DNA of 61,020 nt from Sphaerochaetaceae bacterium (GCA_963656825.1 CAVKJG010000004.1:1-61020), one strand, 5' to 3'; positions 26,814 to 37,374 are shown, counted from the first letter of the stretch. Notes: generated by a model from the letters alone, not told the origin. Numbers and translations: made by a program.

Positions 26814-27839
26814 ATGAATACGGAATTTTTCACGGCGCTTGATCTTTTCGTAAAGGAAAAGGGAATACCGCAGGAGTACATTATAGAAAAAATCGAGGCG
26901 GGGCTTGTAAACGCGCTCAAGCGTGAGAGCGGAGAAACCTGCAACATAAAGGTGCGTCTTGATCCCGCAAAAAAGGACGTAAAGGTAGTAAGAATAAAGA
27001 ACATAGTCGAAGAGGTTACCGATCCCGAAACGGAGATATCGCTGGCAGACGCAAAGGCGATAAGCAAAAAATACACTCTCGGCGGAACGGTTGAAACCGA
27101 GATAAAGACAAAGGCGCTCAGACGTCTGAGCGCGCAGACCGCAAAGCAGGTCATAATTCAGGGCATAAGAGAAGCCGAAAGAACAATGGCGATAAAGGAA
27201 TACGAGAGCAAGCGCGAGGAGGTTATATCCGCAACGGTGCTCAGAGTAGATCCGACAAACGGGAACGTTATAGTCGATACCGGAACAAGCGAAGCGGTTC
27301 TTCTTAAGAGCGAACAGATCCCCGGCGAAGAAATTACCGTAGGTCAGCACATAAAAGTGTTCGTTATGGAAGTAAGAAACGAGATAAAAGGTCCGATAGT
27401 TACGCTTTCACGCACGCATCCCGCGCTTGTAAAAAGACTTTTCGAGCTTGAAGTTCCCGAAATTCAGGACGGCACGGTGGTTATACGCGGAGTTTCGAGA
27501 GAAGCCGGCTCAAGAACAAAGATAGCCGTTGAATCACGCGACGCGTCGGTGGATCCCGTGGGCGCGTGCATAGGCAACAGAGGAAGCCGTATAAACGAAA
27601 TAATAAGAGAGCTTGGCGGCGAGAAGATAGACGTTATCCGTTACAGCGAAAAGCCCGAAGAATATGTAAGCGCGGCGCTTTCTCCCGCAGAGGTAAAGAG
27701 CGTGGAGCTGGACGGCGAAAGAACGTGCAGAGTTATAGTGGCTCCCGATCAGCTTTCGCTTTCGATAGGCAAGGAAGGTCAGAACGCGCGCCTTGCCGCA
27801 AGACTTACAGGCTACAAAATAGATATAAAAACCGTTTGA
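26814..27839 (+). CDS. nusA: transcription termination/antitermination factor NusA
   Basis: 341 aa with S1 and KH regions (CIGNRGSRINEI...SLSIGKEGQNARLAARLTGYKIDI). Confidence 0.95.
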   Translation: MNTEFFTALDLFVKEKGIPQEYIIEKIEAGLVNALKRESGETCNIKVRLDPAKKDVKVVRIKNIVEEVTDPETEISLADAKAISKKYTLGGTVETEIKTKALRRLSAQTAKQVIIQGIREAERTMAIKEYESKREEVISATVLRVDPTNGNVIVDTGTSEAVLLKSEQIPGEEITVGQHIKVFVMEVRNEIKGPIVTLSRTHPALVKRLFELEVPEIQDGTVVIRGVSREAGSRTKIAVESRDASVDPVGACIGNRGSRINEIIRELGGEKIDVIRYSEKPEEYVSAALSPAEVKSVELDGERTCRVIVAPDQLSLSIGKEGQNARLAARLTGYKIDIKTV

Positions 27840-27857
27840 TCCGCGGCGGTGACGAAG

Positions 27858-28121
27858 ATGGAAAACATAAAAAAAGTTCCTGAGCGTCAATGCGTCGGAT
27901 GCAGAGCGAAAAAGCCGAAAAGCGAGCTTATAAGAATAGTCAGACCGTCGGATTCGGATACAGCCGAGCTTGACAGGACAGGCAAAAAAGCAGGGCGCGG
28001 AGCTTATATATGTCCAAGCGCCGACTGCCTTAAAAAGGCGAAAAAGAAGCTTTCGGCCGCGCTCGGATGCAGTATAACGGACGAAGTTTACGAAAGGCTT
28101 GAAAAAGAAATAGAGAAATGA
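27858..28121 (+). CDS. ylxR: YlxR/DUF448 RNA-binding protein
   Basis: PERQCVGCRAKKPKSELIRIV...GRGAYIC. GTG 27849 is an alternative start. Confidence 0.85.
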   Translation: MENIKKVPERQCVGCRAKKPKSELIRIVRPSDSDTAELDRTGKKAGRGAYICPSADCLKKAKKKLSAALGCSITDEVYERLEKEIEK

Positions 28122-28438
28122 TCGGCAAGGAAAACAAAGAAGTTATGAAATTGCTCTCGCTTATCGGACTTGCAAGAAAAGCGGGAAGGCTTACCGTGGG
28201 AACGGAAGCCGTGTGCGACGCAGTAAGATGCGGCAAAGCGAAGCTTGTAATCGCAAGCGCGGAGGCTTCGGACAATACGAAAAAACGCATATCGAACTGC
28301 GCGCAGTATTACGGCGTCCGTGCCGAATACGTTGCGGCGTCGCCAGATACGCTCGGAAAAGCGATAGGCAAAACCGCCACGGCGTGCGTAAGCACAGATG
28401 ACGATAATTTTGTAAAGCTGATCACAGGCAATCTTTAA
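28118..28438 (+). CDS. ylxQ: L7Ae-family ribosomal-protein-like protein YlxQ
   Basis: [18 protein letters not shown]...[14 protein letters not shown], and position between ylxR and infB. Confidence 0.8.
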   Translation: MIGKENKEVMKLLSLIGLARKAGRLTVGTEAVCDAVRCGKAKLVIASAEASDNTKKRISNCAQYYGVRAEYVAASPDTLGKAIGKTATACVSTDDDNFVKLITGNL

Positions 28439-28466
28439 TAGTGCTCACGAAAGGGAGGTACAGCGA

Positions 28467-31055
28467 ATGGTTTCAACACAGAAGATAAGAATAAACAATC
28501 TTGCAAAAGACCTGAATATGAAAAGCAAAGAGCTGCTTGACGCGCTCACGGAAAGCGGAATAGCGGGGAAAACATCAACGGGAACGCTTGACGCAACGGA
28601 ATTTTCCGTGCTTTTTGACAGGCTTACATCAGCTAATCAGATAAAAAATATGGAGGATTACCTTTCCGGAAAAGCGGATATAGAGCGTCCGAAAGAACCG
28701 GTAAAGGAGGAAAAGCCGGCAGCGCCCGAAAAGCCCGAGACTCAGAGCAGGGAGGAGCGCAAGGTCGAGCCGCAGCAGAAAAAGCCCGAAGCGCCTGCCG
28801 CTCAGCCGCAGAAATCTGCTCCTCAGCCGCAGAATCAGCCCGGAAACCGTCAGGAAGGACAGCAAAAGCCTTCGCAGAATCAGCCGAGAGTGAACTTTCC
28901 TCAGCAGGCGGAGAGAGGCGCAAGTCGCTCGGCGGATCGCTTTGCGCGTCCGGCACAGCAGCAGAATCAGCCGAAAAAGCAGGAGGTAAAGGAAAACCGT
29001 CCTGCTCAGAATCAAGGCTCGCAGCCTAAAAAGGCGGAAATGCGCGGAGGCGGCGAAAGCGTTGAAGCGACGAGAAAGACGCGCGTTATAGACACGAGAG
29101 CAAGCTCGGTGGACCTTTCAAAATATGACGAAAGACTTGAAAGCTTCGTTCCGGAATCCGCAAGAAGACTCAATGTTCCCGACAAGCAGAAGGTGGGCAA
29201 AAAACAGCAGAACGGAAAGAATCCCTATGCAGGCAGACACTCTGACAAGGACGCCGCCGCTCTTGCAAAGCTCAGAAAAGCGGAGCTTGAAAAAATCAAA
29301 AAGCAGCCGCTGAAAATCACCGTTCCCGACGAGATAACGGTTTCCGAGCTTGCCGTAAAGCTTAAGGTAACGGTCGGCGACCTTATGAAAAAGCTTATAG
29401 GGCTCGGCGTTATGGCTACGGCAAATCAAAATATAGATTTCGATACGGCTTTCCTTGTGGGCGAAGAAATGAACGCCATAGTCACAAAGGAGGTTGTCGT
29501 AACGATAGAAGAAAAGCTCTTTTCCGAGGACGCACAGGACTCCTCCGAAACGCTTGAAGAGCGTCCGCCCGTTGTATGCGTTATGGGACACGTTGACCAC
29601 GGCAAGACTTCGCTTCTTGATGCTATCCGCAATACGCACGTTACGGCAGGCGAGGCAGGCGGTATCACGCAGTCGATAGGCGCTTACAGAGTAAAAATAG
29701 GCGACAAATATATCACATTCCTCGATACTCCCGGACACGAAGCCTTCACTGCAATGAGAGCAAGAGGCGCAAAATCCACGGACATAGCGATACTTGTCGT
29801 TGCCGCGGACGACGGCATTATGCCGCAGACGGTGGAAGCGATAAATCACGCAAAAGCCGCAGGCGTTTCGATAATAGTCGCCATAAACAAAATGGATAAG
29901 CCCGGCGCAAATCCGGAGGGAATAAAGCAGGAGCTTACAAAATACGATCTTGTTCCCGAGGAATGGGGCGGCGATATTATGTGCGTCCCCGTTTCGGCTA
30001 TAAGAAAAACGGGTATAAGCGAGCTTCTTGAAGATGTTCTTCTCATTGCCGAAATGAAAGAGCTGAAGGCTAATCCCAACCGCAGAGCAAAGGGCATAGT
30101 TATAGAAGCGAGCCTGAAAAAAGGTCTCGGCCCCGTCGCAACGGTGCTTGTTCAGAACGGTACGCTGCATCAGGGCGATACGGTGATTGTCGGTACGGCT
30201 GTGGGCAGAGTCCGCATGATGAGAGATGAAAACGGAAAGACGATGAAGACCGCAGAGCCTTCCGTTCCGGCGGAGATAATCGGTCTTGACTCGGTTCCTT
30301 CGGCGGGCGACGAAATGAACGCCGTAGAGGACGAAAGAATGGCAAGAGAGCTTGCCGAACAGCGCAGAACGAAAGAAAAAGAAGCGGAATTTTCCGCTTC
30401 GGCAAAGGTCAATCTTGACGATCTCTTCGCGCAGATCAAAGAGGGCGTAAAGGATCTCAACATTATAGTAAAAGCCGACGTGCGCGGCTCGGCGGAGGCG
30501 GTCAAGGCTTCGCTTGACAAGCTTTCAAACGACGAGGTAAGAGTAAACGTTATTCATACCGGCGTCGGCGGTATAACCGAAAGTGACGTTATGCTTGCAA
30601 ACGCTTCAAACGCTATAATTGTCGGCTTCAATGTCCGTCCCGACAAGGCGGCGCTTGATTCCGCGCAGAGTCAGGGCGTTGACGTCCGCACTTACAGAAT
30701 TATTTATGAGTGCATAGAGGAAATCGAAGCGGCTATCAAGGGTATGCTTAAACCCGTTTACCGCGAGAATATTCTCGGTCACGCACAGGTAAGACAGACA
30801 ATTCACGTTCCCAATGTGGGAACAATCGCAGGTTCTTATGTTCAGGACGGCAAGATAACCCGTACATCGCTTATACGTGTGCTCCGTGACGGCGTTGTTA
30901 TATTTGAGGATAAGATATCATCGCTCCGCCGTTTCAAAGACGACGTAAAAGAGGTCGCTTCGGGCTATGAATGTGGCGTGGGACTTGAAAAGTTCAACGA
31001 CATAAAAGAAGGCGACATTCTGGAAGCTTATGTAATGGAAGAAATCGCAAGATAA
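28467..31055 (+). CDS. infB: translation initiation factor IF-2
   Basis: 862 aa. G domain [14 protein letters not shown]...DTPGHEAF...NKMD. Q/P-rich N-terminal linker. Confidence 0.97.
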   Translation: MVSTQKIRINNLAKDLNMKSKELLDALTESGIAGKTSTGTLDATEFSVLFDRLTSANQIKNMEDYLSGKADIERPKEPVKEEKPAAPEKPETQSREERKVEPQQKKPEAPAAQPQKSAPQPQNQPGNRQEGQQKPSQNQPRVNFPQQAERGASRSADRFARPAQQQNQPKKQEVKENRPAQNQGSQPKKAEMRGGGESVEATRKTRVIDTRASSVDLSKYDERLESFVPESARRLNVPDKQKVGKKQQNGKNPYAGRHSDKDAAALAKLRKAELEKIKKQPLKITVPDEITVSELAVKLKVTVGDLMKKLIGLGVMATANQNIDFDTAFLVGEEMNAIVTKEVVVTIEEKLFSEDAQDSSETLEERPPVVCVMGHVDHGKTSLLDAIRNTHVTAGEAGGITQSIGAYRVKIGDKYITFLDTPGHEAFTAMRARGAKSTDIAILVVAADDGIMPQTVEAINHAKAAGVSIIVAINKMDKPGANPEGIKQELTKYDLVPEEWGGDIMCVPVSAIRKTGISELLEDVLLIAEMKELKANPNRRAKGIVIEASLKKGLGPVATVLVQNGTLHQGDTVIVGTAVGRVRMMRDENGKTMKTAEPSVPAEIIGLDSVPSAGDEMNAVEDERMARELAEQRRTKEKEAEFSASAKVNLDDLFAQIKEGVKDLNIIVKADVRGSAEAVKASLDKLSNDEVRVNVIHTGVGGITESDVMLANASNAIIVGFNVRPDKAALDSAQSQGVDVRTYRIIYECIEEIEAAIKGMLKPVYRENILGHAQVRQTIHVPNVGTIAGSYVQDGKITRTSLIRVLRDGVVIFEDKISSLRRFKDDVKEVASGYECGVGLEKFNDIKEGDILEAYVMEEIAR

Positions 31056-31069
31056 GGAGAAAACCGAAT

Positions 31070-33049
31070 ATGAATTTCAGACAGGTACACCTTGATTTTC
31101 ACACAAGCGGCGAAATAGAGGGAATAGGCTCACGTTTTTCAAAGGAGCAGTTTCAGAAAGCGCTTAAAGAGGGACACGTAAATTCGATAACTCTCTTTGC
31201 AAAATGCCATCACGGCTGGGCGTATTTCCCGTCGGAAACGTGCGAGATGCATCCGCATCTTGACTTTGACCTTCTCGGCGAGCAGATAGCCGCCGCTCAC
31301 GAAATAGGCGTTAAAACTCCCGTGTATATCTCCGCGGGACTTGACGAAAAAATGGCGCGTCCGCATACGGAATGGCTTATGCGCAATCCCGACGAAACAT
31401 TTTATTGGACTGAGAATTTCACAAAGCCGGGATATCACCGTATGTGTATGAACACGCCGTATCTCGATTATCTTCTTGCGCAGGTTGAGGAGGTTGTCCG
31501 CAAATACGATTGCGACGGTATTTTCCTTGATATTGTCGGCGCTTTGCCGTGCTATTGTCAGAGTTGTGTAAAGAAAATGCTCGACAAGGGGCAGGATCCT
31601 TACGATGAAGAAAACGCTTACAGACTGGGCGTAGAAACCTATCTCAACTATACAAAGCGCGTAAGGGAAACGGTTGATAAATGCAAGCCCGGGCTTCCGA
31701 TTTTTCACAATGCGGGACACATTCAGTGCGGACACAGAGACTTTACATTTGCAAATTCTCATTTTGAGCTTGAAAGTCTGCCAACGGGCGGCTGGGGATA
31801 TGACCATTTCCCGATGTCTGCGGCTTACGCAAGAACGCTCGGACTCGATTATCTCGGAATGACGGGAAAATTCCATCTTTCTTGGGGCGAATTCGGCGGC
31901 TTCAAGCACCCGAACGCGCTCCGTTATGAAACCGCGCTTTCCGCCGCAAACGGTGCAAAAATGTCGATAGGCGATCAGCTTCATCCGCTCGGCGCTATGG
32001 ATATGGCTACCTATAAGCTTATAGGCGCGGCATATTCTGAAATTGAGAAAAAGGAAGCTTGGCTTGACAATGTTGAGTCTGTTGCGGACATAGCGGTGCT
32101 TTCTCAGGAGGCGCTGTTCTATCATATGAATCCCGGAAAAACGCCTCCCGGACGTCTTTCGTGGAGCGGCACAACGGGCGTAAGCAGAATTTTGCTTGAA
32201 GGAAAATATCTTTTCGACGTTGTGGACACCGAGGGCGACTTTGGCAAATACAAGCTTATAATTCTTACGGACGATTCGATGCTCGACAATCAGATCGCGC
32301 AAAAGCTGCAGGCTTTTGTTGACGGCGGCGGCAAAATTCTTGCGTCCGGCACGTCGGGACTTTATGCCGACGGAAGCGGTTTTGCTTTTGACCTCGGTGC
32401 AGAATTCAATGGCGAATGTGAATATAATCCTGCGTATATCCGCCCGAATTTTGATATGGAAGGACTTTATAATTCGGCATATGTTATTTATCAGCCCTGC
32501 TACGACATAAACGCGACGGGCGAGGTTCTTGCGGTGAGAGAAAATCCGTATTTCAACCGCACGACCTTCCATTTTTCGTCCCACGCGCAGACTCCCAACG
32601 ATCCGACAAAGACCTATCCCGCGGTGACGCTCGGCAATGATGGCGCATATATATCATTCAAGCTGTTCAATGAATATACTCAGAAGGGCTCGCTGATAGC
32701 AAAACGTGTTGTGGAGCATGTTATAGATGTTCTTCTGGGCGATGAGAAAACGCTCACGACGAATCTCGGCTCGCTCGGCGTCGTAACGCTTATGGATCAG
32801 TATTCCGGACACAGATATGTAAATCATCTGCTTTACGCAACGCCTGTAAAGCGCGGTCAGAGAGTTGAAGTGATCGAGGATATAGAGCCTGTTTACAATA
32901 CGGAGGTTACGCTTAAGCTTTATGCAAAGCCGAAGAGAGTATATCTTGCTCCGCAGCTGCAGGATATTGATTTCGATTATTCGGATGGCGTGCTTACTTA
33001 TACCGTTGACAAGTTTGAATGTCATCAGATGGTCGTTATAGACTATTGA
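31070..33049 (+). CDS. putative glycoside hydrolase, GHL6-like TIM barrel with beta-galactosidase-trimerisation-like C-terminal part
   Basis: The N-terminus MNFRQVHLDFHTSGEIEGIG...ITLFAKCHHGWAYFPS resembles the GHL6 family as I recall it. AAGGAG RBS lies 14 nt after the infB stop. No search was run. Confidence 0.5.
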   Translation: MNFRQVHLDFHTSGEIEGIGSRFSKEQFQKALKEGHVNSITLFAKCHHGWAYFPSETCEMHPHLDFDLLGEQIAAAHEIGVKTPVYISAGLDEKMARPHTEWLMRNPDETFYWTENFTKPGYHRMCMNTPYLDYLLAQVEEVVRKYDCDGIFLDIVGALPCYCQSCVKKMLDKGQDPYDEENAYRLGVETYLNYTKRVRETVDKCKPGLPIFHNAGHIQCGHRDFTFANSHFELESLPTGGWGYDHFPMSAAYARTLGLDYLGMTGKFHLSWGEFGGFKHPNALRYETALSAANGAKMSIGDQLHPLGAMDMATYKLIGAAYSEIEKKEAWLDNVESVADIAVLSQEALFYHMNPGKTPPGRLSWSGTTGVSRILLEGKYLFDVVDTEGDFGKYKLIILTDDSMLDNQIAQKLQAFVDGGGKILASGTSGLYADGSGFAFDLGAEFNGECEYNPAYIRPNFDMEGLYNSAYVIYQPCYDINATGEVLAVRENPYFNRTTFHFSSHAQTPNDPTKTYPAVTLGNDGAYISFKLFNEYTQKGSLIAKRVVEHVIDVLLGDEKTLTTNLGSLGVVTLMDQYSGHRYVNHLLYATPVKRGQRVEVIEDIEPVYNTEVTLKLYAKPKRVYLAPQLQDIDFDYSDGVLTYTVDKFECHQMVVIDY

Positions 33050-33051
33050 CC

Positions 33052-33111
33052 TACTTTTCTTTGGAAAAGAAAAGCAGGCACCGTACTTTTCTTTGTGAAG
33101 AAAAGTAGGCA
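33052..33111. repeat. two tandem copies of a ~28-nt hairpin-forming unit
   Basis: TACTTTTCTTTGGAAAAGAAAAGCAGGCA (33052-33080) and TACTTTTCTTTGTGAAGAAAAGTAGGCA (33084-33111). Confidence 0.7.
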
Positions 33112-33221
33112 AAAGAAACTTCGGTTAAATTGCTTTGTGCAGATTTTTCAGTACCTGCGCAGACATAGCTTATTAAAAAAGCGAAAGAAGCTTCGGTAAA
33201 CCGTAATTTTATAAAAAAAGA

Positions 33222-33256
33222 AAACAGAGGTGATCGGTTCATCTCTGTTTTTTGTG
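33222..33256. terminator. bidirectional terminator
   Basis: AAACAGAGGTGA-TCGGT-TCATCTCTGTTT, flanked by A and T runs. Confidence 0.8.
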
Positions 33257-33276
33257 TTTTATGGTGCGCTATGCTT

Positions 33277-34326
33277 TCAGCTTTCGCTGTAAGTGAACGT
33301 TTCCCAAGGGATATTTACGGGCTTCTTTTCCGTAAGGATTTCGTCTATGTGCATGAGCAGCGGGAAGTCCCCAAGATCAAGCACGCCTTTTTCTGCGCTG
33401 ATTTTTACGGCTCTTGCGACGCGCTTTGCAACGACGAGCGATTCGAGCGTTACGCCGGCAAGCTCCTTCTGAGCCTCGTCTATGTCAAGACCTCTGCCGA
33501 GGAGTATTCCGACAAGTCTTGTTCTGCCGCCGTAAACGGTGACGTAAAGATCGCCTATGCCGACGCCGAGGTTGTTGAGCGTGAGCGCGTTCTGAAACTG
33601 CAGAAGTCTGTACATTTCCTTCATGCTCTGACCGAATACTGCTGCCTGCGAATTGAAATGCAGAACGCTGTCGATGCCGAAGGCTTTCTGATTGAGACCG
33701 ATGGTAAGTGCGATTCCGAGCGCGTAGCCGTTTTTGAGCGCAACCGCGCTTTCGATGCCGACAACGTCCGTTGTTGTGCTGATGTGATAATATTCGGTTG
33801 TCATCACCTTTTTGAGAGTGGCAAGAGCCGATGTATCCTTGCCGCAGAACGAAACCTCTGTCTGATCGTGAGCGACAAGCTCATAGCTTGTGCAAGGACC
33901 GCCGACAGCGCAAAGCGAAACCTTTTTGCCGATTTCATCAAGCTTTTTCTGCCAGAATTCAGGATAGGTCATAAGCTTGCCGTCGGGCATATCTATAAGT
34001 CCTTTTGTGACGGTAAGCACGATTATGTTTTCGGGAAGAATGGGAAGCACCTTTTCGGCAAACCAATCGACGCCGAAGCTGCTTACGCCGCCGATAACGA
34101 TATCCGCGCCGACAAGGGCTTCTTTTACTTCTTCAAACTGATAATATTTCACACCGGCGGGAAAGTCCTTTTCAAATTTGGGATGACGGCCTGTTTTTCT
34201 GCAAGCGTCGATGATATCTCTGTCAAGATGCGTACCGACAAGACGAACATCGTTTCCGTTTTCTCTCGCGGGGAAAGCAAGCGCCGAGCCCATCATTCCC
34301 GAGCCGATGATTGTGATAACTGCCAT
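33277..34326 (-). CDS. NAD(P)H-dependent glycerol-3-phosphate dehydrogenase-family protein (divergent)
   Basis: Rossmann N-terminus MAVITIIGSGMMGSALA. The 349-aa length and layout are GpsA-like. Confidence 0.55.
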   Translation of the reverse strand: MAVITIIGSGMMGSALAFPARENGNDVRLVGTHLDRDIIDACRKTGRHPKFEKDFPAGVKYYQFEEVKEALVGADIVIGGVSSFGVDWFAEKVLPILPENIIVLTVTKGLIDMPDGKLMTYPEFWQKKLDEIGKKVSLCAVGGPCTSYELVAHDQTEVSFCGKDTSALATLKKVMTTEYYHISTTTDVVGIESAVALKNGYALGIALTIGLNQKAFGIDSVLHFNSQAAVFGQSMKEMYRLLQFQNALTLNNLGVGIGDLYVTVYGGRTRLVGILLGRGLDIDEAQKELAGVTLESLVVAKRVARAVKISAEKGVLDLGDFPLLMHIDEILTEKKPVNIPWETFTYSES

Positions 34327-34389
34327 AGAATTTTGTTCTCCTTGATTATAAGTTTTTGCGGGCGACTTTCGTCGCCCGCCTGATTTTTA

Positions 34390-35538
34390 TTACATAAGTG
34401 AGAGGTAAAGCGCTTTGATTTCTTCAACGCTTGTATCTCTGGGGTTGCCGGGACGGCAGGCGTCGGCATAAGCGGATTCGGCGAGGAACTGAACGTCCTC
34501 GGGTTTGACGATTTCCTTCAGGTCTGCGGGGATGCCTACATCCTGCGAAAGCTGCTTTACAGCGTCAATTGCCGCTTTGCGGTATTCGTCCTGAGTCATA
34601 TTTTCAGTGCCCTTTACGCCCATAGCCTGAGCGATGTATTTATACTTGTCGCCCGTGCAGGGAGCGTTGTATTCCATAACCGTGGGAAGAATGATAGCGT
34701 TTGCAACGCCGTGAGGAGTATCATAAAGCGCGCCGAGCGGATGAGCCATGGAGTGAACTATGCCCAGACCTACGTTTGAGAAGCCCATTCCGGCAACGTA
34801 CTGACCGAGAGCCATATCGGTTCTGCCTTCGGGGGTGTTTGCAACCGCGCCGCGGAGAGAACGCGAAATGATTTCGATTGCTTTGAGGTGGAACATATCG
34901 GAAAGCTCCCATGCGCCCTTTGTTATATAACCCTCGATAGCGTGAGTGAGCGCGTCCATACCCGTTGCGGCTGTAAGGCCCTTGGGCATACTGGACATCA
35001 TATCGGGGTCGACAACTGCCACTACGGGAATATCGTGAACGTCCACGCAAACCATTTTACGGTTTTTCTGAACGTCCGTGATAACGTAGTTTATTGTAAC
35101 CTCTGCGGCTGTGCCTGCCGTTGTGGGAACCGCAATCATCGGAACGGCTTTGTTCTTTGTGGGAGCAACGCCTTCAAGCGAACGGACGTCGGCAAAGTCG
35201 GGATTGTTTACGATTATACCGATAGCCTTTGCGGTATCCATAGAAGAACCGCCGCCTATCGCGATAAGATAATCCGCGCCGGCTTTTTTGAAGGCTTCAA
35301 CGCCTGCCTGAACGTTTTCTATTGTGGGATTCGGCTTGATTTCGGTGAACATATCGTATGCAAGACCTGCTTTGTCAAGAAGGTCGGTTACCTTCTGCGA
35401 TACGCCGAATTTTACAAGGGAAGGGTCGGAGCAGACAAGAGCCTTCTTGAAGCCTCTTGCTTTTGCTTCCGTAACGATGTTGGCGATAGCGCCGCTGCCG
35501 TGATAAGATGTTTCGTTGAGTACAAATCTCTGTGACAT
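34390..35538 (-). CDS. fucO: iron-containing alcohol dehydrogenase, lactaldehyde reductase-like
   Basis: 382 aa. IAIGGGSSMDTAKAI, VPTTAGTAAEVT and GMDALTHAIEGY resemble FucO/1,2-propanediol oxidoreductase. Confidence 0.6.
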   Translation of the reverse strand: MSQRFVLNETSYHGSGAIANIVTEAKARGFKKALVCSDPSLVKFGVSQKVTDLLDKAGLAYDMFTEIKPNPTIENVQAGVEAFKKAGADYLIAIGGGSSMDTAKAIGIIVNNPDFADVRSLEGVAPTKNKAVPMIAVPTTAGTAAEVTINYVITDVQKNRKMVCVDVHDIPVVAVVDPDMMSSMPKGLTAATGMDALTHAIEGYITKGAWELSDMFHLKAIEIISRSLRGAVANTPEGRTDMALGQYVAGMGFSNVGLGIVHSMAHPLGALYDTPHGVANAIILPTVMEYNAPCTGDKYKYIAQAMGVKGTENMTQDEYRKAAIDAVKQLSQDVGIPADLKEIVKPEDVQFLAESAYADACRPGNPRDTSVEEIKALYLSLM

Positions 35539-35649
35539 AATTAAAGTATCCTCCGTTTTTGTATTTATCTGCGGAAATTCCGCAATCTGAAATTATTTTA
35601 TCACCAAAAGAAGATAAGTTCAATCGTGTTCATAAAAAATTCTCCATAC

Positions 35650-35678
35650 TTGACAAAAAATTTATCATATGATATAAT
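35650..35678 (+). promoter_or_regulatory. consensus sigma-A promoter
   Basis: TTGACA, a 17-nt spacer, then TATAAT. Confidence 0.65.
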
Positions 35679-35714
35679 AAATATACCAAATTTATCATGA
35701 GGAGGTTTTCAGTT

Positions 35715-36494
35715 ATGGAAGAAAACAAAATAAACGTCAAAGCTCTGACGCTTATCGCGCTTGCCGCGCTTGCGCTTTGTGTTATCATGGGTGCGCTCGT
35801 CTTCATTTTCGGAAGACAGGCGGAAACGACCGTGTTCCCGCCGAAAACCGATGATGGTATTGTGACATATTGCCGCAAGGATAACGTCACCAGCGACAGC
35901 TTCACTGAGCAAACGACTCTTACACTTACAAACGACGGCAGATTTTCACTGTCGTTTTCGATGCTCTACAGCTCTTCTTGCAAAGGAACTTATATCATAA
36001 ATGACAATAAGCTTACGCTGAACACGGACGACGACGCGTATCATTTCACGTTTCTTATAAAGGACGACGGCAAAACCTTGGTTTTTGACGGAGAGAACTC
36101 TTCGGAATGGAAATGGTATCCGGAAATGAATGACGGTACGGAGCTTGAACTCTCACCGGAGCGCGAAAAGGTATATTCATATCTCTTTCAGGATCGAAGG
36201 GATCCCAGCCTTTATCCCGTGGCGAGATTGATGTTTACGGACGACGGCAGCTATACAATGACGTTTTTGGCGTCCCGCGAGTATTCGGAAACGGGAACTT
36301 ATACCGTGAAAGACGGAAAGCTTACGATGAATACGGACGACGGCGAATATTATTTTACATTTCTTATAGAAGACGACGGCAAGACTCTGATTCTTGACGG
36401 AGAAAATTCTTCGGAATGGAAATGGTATCCGACAGTGAAGGACGGTACGGAATTTGCGGTGCTGGGCGATCCGGCTCCGACATGGTGTAAGTAA
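35715..36494 (+). CDS. membrane-anchored protein with an internally duplicated ~100-aa domain
   Basis: ATG 35715 follows GAGGAGG. One TM helix. GTY..D.KLT.NTDD..Y.FTFLI.DDGKTL..DGENSSEWKWYP occurs twice. Confidence 0.6.
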   Translation: MEENKINVKALTLIALAALALCVIMGALVFIFGRQAETTVFPPKTDDGIVTYCRKDNVTSDSFTEQTTLTLTNDGRFSLSFSMLYSSSCKGTYIINDNKLTLNTDDDAYHFTFLIKDDGKTLVFDGENSSEWKWYPEMNDGTELELSPEREKVYSYLFQDRRDPSLYPVARLMFTDDGSYTMTFLASREYSETGTYTVKDGKLTMNTDDGEYYFTFLIEDDGKTLILDGENSSEWKWYPTVKDGTEFAVLGDPAPTWCK

Positions 36495-36504
36495 AAAACG
36501 CAAT

Positions 36505-36536
36505 AAAAAACGCACCCGAAAAGGTGCGTTTTGTTT
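36505..36536. terminator. bidirectional terminator
   Basis: AAAAAACGCACC-CGAAAA-GGTGCGTTTTGTTTT. Confidence 0.8.
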
Positions 36537-36540
36537 TACT

Positions 36541-37374
36541 TTATTTTATTCTTTCGACAAGATAGGGAACAGCCTGCTCGAAATTCACGCCGTAGGTGCG
36601 GCGGTCTTTGTCGGCAAGGGTAAGAGCGATACATTCCACCGTATAATCGGTTGCGATTTCGAGTGCCTCCGGAGTTGATTTTCCGAGCGAGAGCGCACCT
36701 GTGAATGCCGAGGCGAAGATATCGCCCGTTCCGTGATAAGCTGCCGGAAGATGCTCTCTTTCGTAGTAGAAATATTCTCCCGACTGCGAATCGAGCGACA
36801 TCACTCCGAGCTTGCCGGTATTGAGCGAAACGCCCGTCAGCACTGCGGTTTTCGCTCCGAGCGCGCAAAGCTTTGCAAGCATTTCCTTTATATATTTTTC
36901 GTCGTAATCATCGCCGATGTAAGACGTGCCGAGCATAAACGAGGCTTCCGTAAGATTGGGAACGATAACATCGGCTTTCGAGCAAAGACGAGCCATACTG
37001 CGAGCAAATTCCTCCGTAAAGCCCTTGTAAAGCTTTCCGCCGTCAGCCATTACGGGGTCTACTATTATTTTTGTTTTGGGAGTTTTGAAATCATCGAATA
37101 TTTTTCCTACTATATCAAGCTGCTCGAAAGAGCCGAGGTAGCCTGTGTAAATTGCGTCAAAGCCTATGTTTTCGTTTTTCCAGTGCTTTGCAATGGGAAG
37201 CATATCGCCTGTAAGATCTCTGAACGTAAATCCGTCAAACTGAGTGTGCGTGGAAAGCACGGCTGTCGGCATAACGGCAGCTTCCACGCCCATTGCTGAA
37301 ATTATGGGAAGAGCCACGGTAAGAGAGCATTTTCCCACGCACGATATATCCTGAATTGTAAGTATTCTTTTCAT
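36541..37374 (-). CDS. pdxK: pyridoxal/pyridoxamine kinase
   Basis: MKRILTIQDISCVGKCSLTVALPI. Ribokinase-fold C-terminus GTGDIFASAF. Confidence 0.75.
   Translation of the reverse strand: MKRILTIQDISCVGKCSLTVALPIISAMGVEAAVMPTAVLSTHTQFDGFTFRDLTGDMLPIAKHWKNENIGFDAIYTGYLGSFEQLDIVGKIFDDFKTPKTKIIVDPVMADGGKLYKGFTEEFARSMARLCSKADVIVPNLTEASFMLGTSYIGDDYDEKYIKEMLAKLCALGAKTAVLTGVSLNTGKLGVMSLDSQSGEYFYYEREHLPAAYHGTGDIFASAFTGALSLGKSTPEALEIATDYTVECIALTLADKDRRTYGVNFEQAVPYLVERIK

Noticed and set aside
28700-29050. Apparent repeats in the infB 5' third.
   Set aside because: This is the Q/P/K/E-rich low-complexity linker typical of IF-2 N-terminal regions, not a DNA repeat element.
33052-33111. Possible CRISPR array.
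   Set aside because: There are only two units separated by 3 nt, with no spacers and no cas genes in the window.
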